Below are positions 13,919-21,968 of a DNA stretch of 34,109 nt, piece by piece. Each line of letters opens with the position of its first letter. The stretch's first letter is position 1. The stretch spans positions 1 through 34,109 of the forward strand of contig JAYEKQ010000041.1 of assembly GCA_034661095.1 (NCBI GenBank), written 5' to 3'. The notes beneath the pieces were generated by a model. It ran no database searches, was not told where the DNA came from, and was given only the letters and a program-made list of their open reading frames with translations. Source of the stretch: Patescibacteria group bacterium (GTDB lineage: Bacteria > Patescibacteriota > Minisyncoccia > Minisyncoccales > PWPS01). Both the position numbers and the translations under genes were made by a program.

Positions 13919-15154
13919 ATGAATATTCAAAAAACAAAAGAACTATTTTTAAATAATAAAAAAATATTACTACTTGTCTTAGGTGGGGTTTTAATCTTTT
14001 TTATCTTGATATTGTTTTTAATACTTTCTACTCCGGAAGCAAAACCCCCCTTTGATCTTCGTGCCGAAGCAAGGGATTATGACAAAGTAAACCTTACTTG
14101 GCTTGATGAAAGTGATGGAGAAGAGTATAATGTATATCGTTCTTTATCTTTAAAAGAGGATTATGAAAAAATTGAAACAGTAGAAGATAGACACTATCTT
14201 GACTGGGATATTGAACCAGAAACAAATTACTATTACAAAGTAACCTCAGTTAAAAAAGAAAAAGAAAGTGGTTTTAGTTCTGTGGTTCAAGTGTTTACTG
14301 AAAATGTTGGCGAAGTAAGAAATTTAACTGTAAAAGAAGCAGGAAGTAGTTATGTCAACCTTTCGTGGGAAGGATTTAGAGATAGTAACGGCTATATAAT
14401 ATATAGAACCGAAGATGTAAATAAGCCATACTCAAGGATTGGATCAACAAACAATACTTACTACATTGATACAGAACTTGAAAGCGATAAAACATACTAC
14501 TATGCAGTTTCTCAAATTGTGAACGGGAAAGAAAGTGATTACAGCAATCAACATTTAGAAATAAAAACGGAGTATTACTGGTTTTGTGGATATGCTGTTA
14601 GTTATCAAGGAGAGCTTTATAATACAGTTAATATTGGAGAACAGTGCTGGTTCAGTAGCAATTTAAATTATCCAACCGCAACTGGAAGTTGGTGTTATGG
14701 TAATGATATTGAGAACTGTTTTCTTTATGGAAGGTTATATAATTTTGAAACAGCAGTGAATGGAGATGAAGATATTTGTCCTGAAGGATGGAGAGTTCCA
14801 ACCGACAATGATTTTGTAAAATTAGAAGAAGAGATGGGAGTCAGTGAAGTAGAAGTTGTTAATCAAGGATGGAGAGGAGAGGAAAGAGGCATTGGTGATA
14901 AGCTAAAAACAGAAGATTACTGTTCACAAACAAATAACCGTTTTTGTGGAACAGTAGATCTTGATGTTAAGATGGGGGGAATCAGAGAGGAAGACGGAGA
15001 GTTTTTGTATTTTGGAACTCGCTCTTTCTTTTGGACTTCAAATTCAGATCAAGATTTTGGATGGATTCGTGGTTTTGGAAGAGAAAAAGCAGGTATTTAT
15101 AGGGGGTTAGAAAACAAAGAAGCAGGGTTTTTTATTCGATGTATTAAAAGTTAA
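13919..15154 (+). CDS. Paralogous membrane-anchored FN3 x2 + FISUMP-domain surface protein
   Basis: The architecture is the same: 'YNTVNIGEQCWFSSNL...CYGN....C.LYGRLYNF..A......CPEGWRVPTDNDF'. I prefer the ATG at 13919, 1 nt after the upstream stop. Confidence 0.85.
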   Translation: MNIQKTKELFLNNKKILLLVLGGVLIFFILILFLILSTPEAKPPFDLRAEARDYDKVNLTWLDESDGEEYNVYRSLSLKEDYEKIETVEDRHYLDWDIEPETNYYYKVTSVKKEKESGFSSVVQVFTENVGEVRNLTVKEAGSSYVNLSWEGFRDSNGYIIYRTEDVNKPYSRIGSTNNTYYIDTELESDKTYYYAVSQIVNGKESDYSNQHLEIKTEYYWFCGYAVSYQGELYNTVNIGEQCWFSSNLNYPTATGSWCYGNDIENCFLYGRLYNFETAVNGDEDICPEGWRVPTDNDFVKLEEEMGVSEVEVVNQGWRGEERGIGDKLKTEDYCSQTNNRFCGTVDLDVKMGGIREEDGEFLYFGTRSFFWTSNSDQDFGWIRGFGREKAGIYRGLENKEAGFFIRCIKS

Positions 15155-15158
15155 GATT

Positions 15159-15575
15159 ATGACTAATAATATTTTAGCCGTTTTATTTGGGGTAGCTTTA
15201 ATCGGGGGAACCTTTTATTATGTTAACTTAGAACCTGAAGAAGAAGTAGAAGAAGGAGAAGAAATTGAAGCTGAAGTTGAGATTGAAGAAGAAGATTTAG
15301 CCGAAGAAGAGATAGTTTCTTTAGTTGAGTGCTTGGAAGGAGCGAATGTTATTGCTTACGGGTCAAGAACTTGTCCTCACTGCTTAGCACTTGTGGAGAG
15401 TTTTGGTGGTTATGATATTATTGATCCTATTTATGTTGAGTGTAGTTCAGGAGATAAAAGATGTCAGACAGATAAACAAACTGGTTATGTTCCAGAAGTT
15501 CAGATAGATGGTGAACTTTATCAAGGAGAAAGGTCTCCAGTAGCAATAGCAGCAGTTGCGGGGTGCGAGTTTTAA
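15159..15575 (+). CDS. Membrane-anchored thioredoxin-like protein (CPHC), similar to the Trx-like domain fused to bacterial VKOR homologues
   Basis: A TM helix and a Glu-rich linker are followed by 'AYGSRTCPHCLALVESFGG...YVECS.......CQ....TGYVPEVQIDGELYQGERSPVAIAAVAGC'. This parallels the VKOR-associated Trx domain 'YGAYWCPHCQDQKELFG...YVEC....C....I.SYPTW.I.G..Y.G..S...LA..SG' as I recall it. Confidence 0.7.
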   Translation: MTNNILAVLFGVALIGGTFYYVNLEPEEEVEEGEEIEAEVEIEEEDLAEEEIVSLVECLEGANVIAYGSRTCPHCLALVESFGGYDIIDPIYVECSSGDKRCQTDKQTGYVPEVQIDGELYQGERSPVAIAAVAGCEF

Positions 15576-15578
15576 ATT

Positions 15579-16241
15579 ATGAGATTTTTAAGAATTATTT
15601 TACTAATAATATTTTTAATTGTCGTTGTTCCGATAATTATTGCTTTTCTTTTTATCTCTCTTTTAACTGCTGGATTTAACTTTTTGGAGTTTTCACTACC
15701 AGTAGCTTTTCTTGTTGTTTTGTTTATGATTGTTGCCTCTTCAGTTAATATTTCAGTGGGGAAAAGAAACTATATTGAAATAATAGAACCTCGTTTTTTT
15801 GGACTATTCAACAGGACTATTAAAAGAGCTCAGGGAGTTTCAGTTAATTTGGGAGGAGCAGTAATTCCACTTATTGTTGCAGGAGTTTTTATCTCAACAA
15901 TAAACGAAGCAGGTCTTTTAAAAGAGTTAATGATTATAACTGGAATAACAACAACTGTTTCTTTCGTTGGTTCTCAGTTTGTAAAAAATAAAGGGATTGT
16001 TATCTCTATTATTCTTCCAGTTCTTTTTACTACTCTTTTTTCAATTATTCTTGCTCCTGAAGAAGTGGCAAGAGTTGCATTTAGTAGTGGTGTTTTAGGA
16101 GTTGTTATCGGCTCCGATTTACTACACTTACCTTATGCGTTAAAAAGTGGGAAAAGTGTAATATCAATCGGAGGAGCAGGAATATTTGACGGAATATTTT
16201 TAGTTGGAATTCTTTCGGCATTACTAAGTAGTTTTCTTTGA
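15579..16241 (+). CDS. Polytopic, Cys-free membrane protein, possibly DUF1614 family
   Basis: This 220-aa hydrophobic ORF is the last gene of the tightly spaced 12643-16241 operon. The family name is recalled with low certainty. Confidence 0.6.
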   Translation: MRFLRIILLIIFLIVVVPIIIAFLFISLLTAGFNFLEFSLPVAFLVVLFMIVASSVNISVGKRNYIEIIEPRFFGLFNRTIKRAQGVSVNLGGAVIPLIVAGVFISTINEAGLLKELMIITGITTTVSFVGSQFVKNKGIVISIILPVLFTTLFSIILAPEEVARVAFSSGVLGVVIGSDLLHLPYALKSGKSVISIGGAGIFDGIFLVGILSALLSSFL

Positions 16242-16351
16242 CAAAAATATAAATATAGTGTATCCTTAAAAAGGGTTAAGAATATCTTACCCCAAAGAAA
16301 TAGGTCGGATTTCTTAAAATTTAAAAACAAGTTTACTTAGTCTACAATATA

Positions 16352-16546
16352 ATGGAAGGAACAATTAAAACACTTACCGAGAGAGGATTTGGCTTTATAG
16401 AAAGAGAAGGAGAAGATGATATCTTCTTTCACTCCAACGATTTAGTTGATACACAATTTGATGATCTTAAGGTAGGAGACAAAGTTAGTTTTGAGGTTAC
16501 TCAATCTAACAAAGGACCAAAAGCGAGCAATGTAACTCGCATCTAA
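16352..16546 (+). CDS. Cold-shock domain protein
   Basis: The 64-aa ORF has RNP1-like 'RGFGFI' and RNP2-like 'IFFHS' motifs. Confidence 0.9.
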   Translation: MEGTIKTLTERGFGFIEREGEDDIFFHSNDLVDTQFDDLKVGDKVSFEVTQSNKGPKASNVTRI

Positions 16547-16565
16547 AAGAGATTTTAGAAACTTT

Positions 16566-16600
16566 CAAGAGGGGGGTTATTACTCCCTCTTGTTGTTTTT
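16566..16600 (+). terminator. Rho-independent terminator after the cold-shock gene
   Basis: An 8-bp stem (CAAGAGGG/CCCTCTTG) is followed by TTGTTTTT. Confidence 0.7.
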
Positions 16601-16613
16601 ATTGAAATTTCAA

Positions 16614-16622
16614 TGCTATAAT
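16614..16622 (+). promoter_or_regulatory. Candidate extended -10 promoter (TGCTATAAT) only 5 nt upstream of the RNase R start codon
   Basis: It matches TGnTATAAT. There is no SD between it and ATG 16628, which implies a leaderless or near-leaderless mRNA if it is used. Confidence 0.3.
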
Positions 16623-16627
16623 AAAAT

Positions 16628-18496
16628 ATGTCACAAAAAATTAAAGGAACAATTAGTATTACTGTCTCAGGATGCGGATATTTAAGAACAGATGATCAAG
16701 AAGAGGAAGATATTAAAATTAATGCTTCTCTTTTAAACACTGCTCTTCATAACGATAAGGTTGAAGTTGTTCTTCTTCCTAAAAAAGAAAAAGAAAGACA
16801 ACACGGAGAAGTGGTTAGTGTGTTAAAAAGAGCAAAAGAAAGATTTGTTGGGCGAATTAATAGAAAAAAAAGAAAAAGTTTTGGATTTCTTATTCCTGAC
16901 GATAACAGGATGTATGTTGATATTTTTATTCCAAACATAGATAAAAGCATAAGCAAAAACAAGAAAGTTTTAGTTAAAATTGAAAAATGGGATGATCCTA
17001 AAAAAAACCCAGAAGGAAAGATTGTAAAAGTTATTGGGAAAAAAGGAGTAAATGATGTTGAGCTTGAATCAATTGTTTTAGAAAAAGGGCTTGAAATTGA
17101 TTTTCCTTCTCAAGTTGAAAAAGAAGCAAAAAATATCAAAAAAAAGGGATTTGACTCAAACAACAGGCGTGATTTTAGAAATGATCCTGTTTTTACAATA
17201 GATCCAGAGGATGCAAAAGATTTTGATGATGCTTTGTCAGTTAAAGATATTGGTGGTGGATTTTACGAAGTAGGGGTTCACATCGCAGATGTTTCTCACT
17301 ATGTCAAAGAAGGATCAAAGATTGATAAAGAAGCACGAAAGAGAGCCTTTTCAATATATTTAGTTGACCGAACAATCCCGATGCTCCCTGAAGTTTTATC
17401 CAATAACTTGTGTAGTTTAATGCCCGATAAAGATAGAGCATCGTTTTCAGCAGTTTTCAAAATGAAAGAAAACGGAGAAGTTGTTGATAGTTGGTTTGGT
17501 GAAGGAGTCATTTGCTCTAAAAGAAGATTTTCATACAAAGAAGCACAAGATATTATAGATAACAAAAACGGTGAGTTTTACAAAGAACTTTCAATTTTGG
17601 CAAAAATTGCAGAGCAGTTAAAGAAAAAAAGGGTGGATGAAGGAGCACTCTTCATAGAAGAAGATGAGTTATTTTTTGAGCTTGACCATGATGGAAAACC
17701 AGTTTCTCTTTATCGCAAAGAACACTTCTTTACACATAACCTTATTGAAGAGTTTATGATTATTGCTAATAAAACAGTGGCTGAAAAGTTTAACACTCTT
17801 CATCGTATTCATGATAATCCTGATAGAAAAACAATAAGTAGCTTAATTGCCTTTCTGCTTGGTCTTGGTTACAGAATAAATATAAAAGGAGATGAGATTT
17901 CTTCAACAGAAATTAATAAGCTTTTTCAAGATATAAAAGGTAAGGATGAAGAGTTTTTAGTTAAAAATATGGTTTTAAGGGCAATGTCTAAAGCAAAATA
18001 CTCAACGCTAAGTAAAAAACATTTTGGACTTGCTCTTGATAAGTATATGCACTTCACATCTCCAATAAGAAGATATGCTGATCTTGTGATGCATAGAATT
18101 GTTAAGAAAAAATTAAAGAACGAAAAAGTTAAACCAGAAAACTATGAAGAAGTTGCTCGCGAAATATCACTCAGAGAGCTTGATGTTCTTGATGCCGAAC
18201 GCTCTTCTGTTAACTATAAACAAGTAGAGTATATGGCAAATAAAGTTGGAGAAGAGTTTCAGGTTATTATTTCTGGAGTAACTAGTTTTGGAATTTTTGT
18301 TCAAGAAATTGAAACAAAGGCAGAAGGAATGATATCTATTCGTGATATGGACGACGATTATTATATTCTTGACGAAGAATCATATTCTTTGATAGGAACA
18401 AGAAAAAGAAAAAAATATGCGATAGGAAATAAAATAAAAGTAAAACTAGTAGAAGCAGACCAAGAAAACAGACACCTAAACTTCTCAATAATATAA
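16628..18496 (+). CDS. rnr: Ribonuclease R (RNB family 3'-5' exoribonuclease)
   Basis: The 622-aa ORF has N-terminal OB/CSD regions, RNB motifs 'TIDPEDAKDFDDA', 'HIADVSHYV' and 'HFTSPIRRYADLVMHR', and a C-terminal S1 domain. Confidence 0.93.
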   Translation: MSQKIKGTISITVSGCGYLRTDDQEEEDIKINASLLNTALHNDKVEVVLLPKKEKERQHGEVVSVLKRAKERFVGRINRKKRKSFGFLIPDDNRMYVDIFIPNIDKSISKNKKVLVKIEKWDDPKKNPEGKIVKVIGKKGVNDVELESIVLEKGLEIDFPSQVEKEAKNIKKKGFDSNNRRDFRNDPVFTIDPEDAKDFDDALSVKDIGGGFYEVGVHIADVSHYVKEGSKIDKEARKRAFSIYLVDRTIPMLPEVLSNNLCSLMPDKDRASFSAVFKMKENGEVVDSWFGEGVICSKRRFSYKEAQDIIDNKNGEFYKELSILAKIAEQLKKKRVDEGALFIEEDELFFELDHDGKPVSLYRKEHFFTHNLIEEFMIIANKTVAEKFNTLHRIHDNPDRKTISSLIAFLLGLGYRINIKGDEISSTEINKLFQDIKGKDEEFLVKNMVLRAMSKAKYSTLSKKHFGLALDKYMHFTSPIRRYADLVMHRIVKKKLKNEKVKPENYEEVAREISLRELDVLDAERSSVNYKQVEYMANKVGEEFQVIISGVTSFGIFVQEIETKAEGMISIRDMDDDYYILDEESYSLIGTRKRKKYAIGNKIKVKLVEADQENRHLNFSII

Positions 18497-18556
18497 AAAG
18501 CTTCCAAAAGAAGCACATGAAACAACGCAAAACTAAAACGCAAAAACCCCCTCCGC

Positions 18557-18592
18557 AAAAAATGCCATAGGTGTCACCTATGGCATTTTTTT
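18557..18592. terminator. 25-nt palindromic terminator hairpin flanked by A- and T-runs
   Basis: A6, ATGCCATAGGTGTCACCTATGGCAT (18562-18586), then T7. Confidence 0.75.
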
Positions 18593-18624
18593 AAAATATA
18601 AGAAGAGAAACATAATACCTTTCT

Positions 18625-18720
18625 GTCATTTTGAACGGAGCGTAGCGGAGTGAAGAATCCCTTTGTTTTTTTTCAATACAATGAGATTCTGAGGCGATAG
18701 CCTCAGAATGATAGTAAGAT
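18625..18720. repeat. GTCATTYTGA/GAAGAATC inverted-repeat element
   Basis: The left arm is 18625-18661 and the right arm is 18682-18711 plus AGTAAGATG. The right end is near-identical to the copy at 3619-3657. Confidence 0.8.
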
Positions 18721-18879
18721 GAATTCTATGCGGGGATGGAGCCCGCACTGCTTTTTATTCCTATGTATTTTGGAAGTAGGTAAGTAGTATTAAAACTTTG
18801 TATTATTGTTTTTTTGTAAATTATGATATGATAAAAATAGGTTGACAATAAGAAAAAAATAAAAAGAAGGAGGGAGATA

Positions 18880-19374
18880 ATGAAAATAGTAAAGTTTTTT
18901 AAAACTTTGTTTTTTGTTTTTAGCATAGGGACGGATGAAACTCTAAAAAGAATAAAGTACTTTTCATTTGATGATTTAACTGGTCTTTATAATCGTAGAG
19001 GTATCAAAGATATCAGAGATAGCTTTTCTTTGGTGTTTATTGACCTTGATAACTTTAAGGTGATAAATGATAGTCTTGGATACAAGGCTGGAGATCAAAT
19101 TCTAAAAAGATTTTCTGATATTCTTAAAAAAATCTCACGGAGTACAGATCTCTTTATTCGATGGGGAGGAGATGAGTTTGTTTTGATTCTCCCTAAGACA
19201 AATAGTAGAGAGGCAGGAATGGTTATTGACAGAATAAAAAAAGAAGTAAAGAGGAAAGGCCTTAAAATTAAATTTTCATATGGGATTACTCAGAAAGAGG
19301 AAGCAGAAGAGAAAGAGATGAAAGTTATGATTGAACAGGCCAGTTGCACTATGCAAACACAGAAGCAAAAGTAA
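18880..19374 (+). CDS. Minimal stand-alone GGDEF-domain protein (putative diguanylate cyclase)
   Basis: Features are 'DDLTGLYNRRG', 'DLDNFKVINDSLGYKAGD', an RxxD I-site-like 'RSTD' five residues before 'GGDEF', and a good SD (AAGGAGGG) 5-12 nt upstream. Only a short hydrophobic N-terminus is present, with no sensor domain. Confidence 0.85.
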   Translation: MKIVKFFKTLFFVFSIGTDETLKRIKYFSFDDLTGLYNRRGIKDIRDSFSLVFIDLDNFKVINDSLGYKAGDQILKRFSDILKKISRSTDLFIRWGGDEFVLILPKTNSREAGMVIDRIKKEVKRKGLKIKFSYGITQKEEAEEKEMKVMIEQASCTMQTQKQK

Positions 19375-19381
19375 AAAAAAC

Positions 19382-19416
19382 AAAATGTCCAAGGTGACAC
19401 CTTGGACATTTTTTTT
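19382..19416 (+). terminator. Variant of the palindromic terminator with compensatory stem changes
   Basis: ATGTCCAAGGTGACACCTTGGACAT (19385-19409) is followed by T7. Three left-arm substitutions relative to ATGCCATAGG... are mirrored in the right arm. Confidence 0.75.
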
Positions 19417-19506
19417 ATTGCATAATATTTAAATTCTTAAAGGAGAGTGGTGTTTAAAACCAAGACTCAGCTTGAAGATTAGTTTCTTTCTTGCTGAGTT
19501 TTTTTA

Positions 19507-21573
19507 TTATTTTTCTGGTTTTTTATTTGATATGAATTTGCAGTCAGGGTAGCGACTACAACCGTAGAAGTAGTTTCCTTTTTTTGCCCTTCTTTTTACA
19601 ACATCTCCTTCTCCGCATTCTGGACATTTCATATCAAGCCCTTCTTCTTTAATTGATTTTATATTTTTGCATTCTGGATAGTTTTCACAACCATAAAATT
19701 TTCCAAAACGACTTTGCTTTATCTTCATTTTCCCCCCACATTTATCGCACTCTATCTCTTCGGTGTTGTCTTCTTCGGAGGTTAGTGGTTTTGAGTTTTT
19801 ACAATCAGGAAAGTTTTTACAAGCCATAAACTTTCCATATCTTCCCATTTTTATAACCATATCTCCGCCACATTTTTCACATTTTTCGTTTGTTTTTTCT
19901 TCTTGCATAATATTTTCTTTTTTAAGTTCTTTTTCTTTTTTTTCTAATTGTTTTGAGAAGTCGCCGTAGAATTTAGCGATAATTTCTTTCCACTCTTTTT
20001 TCCCTTCGGCAACTTTATCTAAGCATTCTTCCATTTCAGAGGTAAACTTTCGATCAACAACAAAAGGAAAGTGTTTTGATAGAAGGTCATTAACAATTTT
20101 TCCTATTTCAGTTGGCTTTAACTGTCTTCTCTCCATTTTTTCAAGATAATTTCGGTAAAAAAGAGTTGATAGCGTTGGAGCATAGGTTGATGGTCTTCCA
20201 ATTCCGTTTTTCTCAAGTTCTTTAATTAAGGTTGCTTCCGTAAATCTTGCCGGTGGTTTTGTAAAGTGTTGTTCAGTTATTATCTTTTCAAGATCTAATT
20301 TTTCCTTTTCTTTTACCTCAGGAAGTTCATTTTCCTCAAATTTAATAGGATAAACCCTTGTAAATCCACTGTGTTTTAAAACAGATCCAGAGCTATAAAG
20401 AATATATTTATTTTTACTACTTGCATCTATTTCTACAGTGGTGCTGTAAAAAACTGCCTCGCTCATAAGAGAAGCAGTAAATCTTCTCCAGATAAGATCG
20501 TAAAGTTTCACTTCTTCATCTTTTAATTTTCCAACACTTTCAACTGTTTTTTCAGGATATGCTGGTCTAACTGCTTCGTGAGCTTCTTGTGTTTTACCCT
20601 TACTCTTAAAAGATATTCCTTTGTAGTAGTCTTTTCCAAAAGTTTCTGTTATGTATTTTTTTCCTGCTATTACTGCTTGCGAAGAAAGATGGACTGAGTC
20701 AGTACGGTGATAAGTTATAAGCCCTTTTTCATACAATGATTGAGCAACACCCATCGTGAATTTAGAAGGAAATCTTAATCTTTTAAATGCTTCTTGCTGC
20801 ATCGTGCTGGTAGTAAAGGGAGGAACTGGATTTCTTTTCTTTTCTTTTTTACTAACTGAAATAACAGTGAACGAAGCATCTTTCAGATCATTTTCTATTT
20901 TTTTTGCTTCTGTTTCGTTTTTTATATCAAGACGAGATATTTTTTTGCCATCAACTTCTTTTATTCCCGCTGTTAAACTTCCCTTTTCAGCATTAAGAAG
21001 AGTTTCAATACTCCAGTACTCTTCAGCATTAAACTTTTCTATTTCTTCTTCGCGATCACTTACTATCTTCAGGGCAACGGATTGAACTCTTCCCGCAGAA
21101 AGACCACGAGCTACTTTTTTCCAAAGAAAGGGGGATAACTTGTATCCAACAATTCTGTCAAGAACTCTTCGTGCTTGTTGAGCATTAACTAAATTTACAT
21201 CCAGTTTTCTTGGATTTTTTATTGCCTCTTCTACGGCACTTTTTGTTATTTCGTTGAAAGAAACTCTCTTATATTCTTTTAGGTCTAAAACATAAGCAAG
21301 ATGAAAAGAAATTGCTTCTCCTTCACGATCAGGATCAGTGCTAAGATAAACCAAGTCCGCTTTTTTCACAGCATCTTTTAACAATTTGATATTTTTTCTT
21401 GCTCTTGTAGGAATCACATACTGTGGTTCAAAATTGTTTTCAATATCAACTCCTAGTTTACTTTTAGGAAGATCACGAACATGACCCCCAGAAGCAAGAA
21501 CTTTGTAATCCTTTCCAAGAAATTTTTCAAGGGTTTTTGTTTTAGTTGGACTTTCTACTAATACTAAATACAT
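19507..21573 (-). CDS. topA: DNA topoisomerase I with three C-terminal Zn-ribbon repeats
   Basis: The 688-aa ORF has a TOPRIM start 'LVLVESPTKTKT', 'DPDREGE', the active-site region 'ITYHRTDS', and three 'C..CG...........F..C..YP.C' fingers. Confidence 0.96.
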   Translation of the reverse strand: MYLVLVESPTKTKTLEKFLGKDYKVLASGGHVRDLPKSKLGVDIENNFEPQYVIPTRARKNIKLLKDAVKKADLVYLSTDPDREGEAISFHLAYVLDLKEYKRVSFNEITKSAVEEAIKNPRKLDVNLVNAQQARRVLDRIVGYKLSPFLWKKVARGLSAGRVQSVALKIVSDREEEIEKFNAEEYWSIETLLNAEKGSLTAGIKEVDGKKISRLDIKNETEAKKIENDLKDASFTVISVSKKEKKRNPVPPFTTSTMQQEAFKRLRFPSKFTMGVAQSLYEKGLITYHRTDSVHLSSQAVIAGKKYITETFGKDYYKGISFKSKGKTQEAHEAVRPAYPEKTVESVGKLKDEEVKLYDLIWRRFTASLMSEAVFYSTTVEIDASSKNKYILYSSGSVLKHSGFTRVYPIKFEENELPEVKEKEKLDLEKIITEQHFTKPPARFTEATLIKELEKNGIGRPSTYAPTLSTLFYRNYLEKMERRQLKPTEIGKIVNDLLSKHFPFVVDRKFTSEMEECLDKVAEGKKEWKEIIAKFYGDFSKQLEKKEKELKKENIMQEEKTNEKCEKCGGDMVIKMGRYGKFMACKNFPDCKNSKPLTSEEDNTEEIECDKCGGKMKIKQSRFGKFYGCENYPECKNIKSIKEEGLDMKCPECGEGDVVKRRAKKGNYFYGCSRYPDCKFISNKKPEK

Positions 21574-21717
21574 AGAATTTAATTATTATAGGGTACCCTT
21601 AAAATCTATACAACACAATACGATACGATACGATATGACACAACAAAGAAATAATAGCACAAAAACATTTTTTCCCCAAAAAAAGCATCGCGGACTCCGC
21701 CCCCGCACAGCTTTTGG

Positions 21718-21746
21718 TTGACAAAAAAATTAAATTATAATATAAT
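21718..21746 (+). promoter_or_regulatory. Consensus sigma-70-type promoter with no downstream plus-strand ORF
   Basis: TTGACA (21718-21723), an exact 17-nt spacer and TATAAT (21741-21746). It points into the ORF-free 21747-21968 region and antisense to pth. Confidence 0.4.
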
Positions 21747-21862
21747 ATAAAAATAGTAAAACTAGTTCTTTTAATATGTTTAAGATTTTTTGAGATTATC
21801 TGTGAGTAACCTTTTATTTCTTGCAATTTAGTTTTGCGAGTGAATAAAATCCCTCCTTTTTA

Positions 21863-21894
21863 TAAGGGTGCGGGATTTGAACCCCGTACCCTTA
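21863..21894. repeat. 32-nt minimal hairpin of the TAAGGGT...ACCCTTA family with a T-arm-like loop
   Basis: TAAGGGTGCGGGATTTGAACCCCGTACCCTTA has a 12-bp stem with one G-T pair on plus (A-C on minus). The minus strand reads GGGGTTCAAATCCCGCACCCTTA. Confidence 0.75.
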
Positions 21895-21968
21895 GGTTGG
21901 TGTCCGTAATGGATGCTTTTATCTATTGTGTTGCTTGTCAATACAAGAGATAAAGCTCGCAGATAACC

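Noticed and set aside
21599-21826. ORF 21599..21826(-) in the topA-pth spacer.
   Set aside because: It has a TTG start about 28 nt from the only SD-like sequence and low-complexity content. It spans a GC-rich hairpin plus T-run and tandem CGATA-type repeats. It is more likely non-coding.
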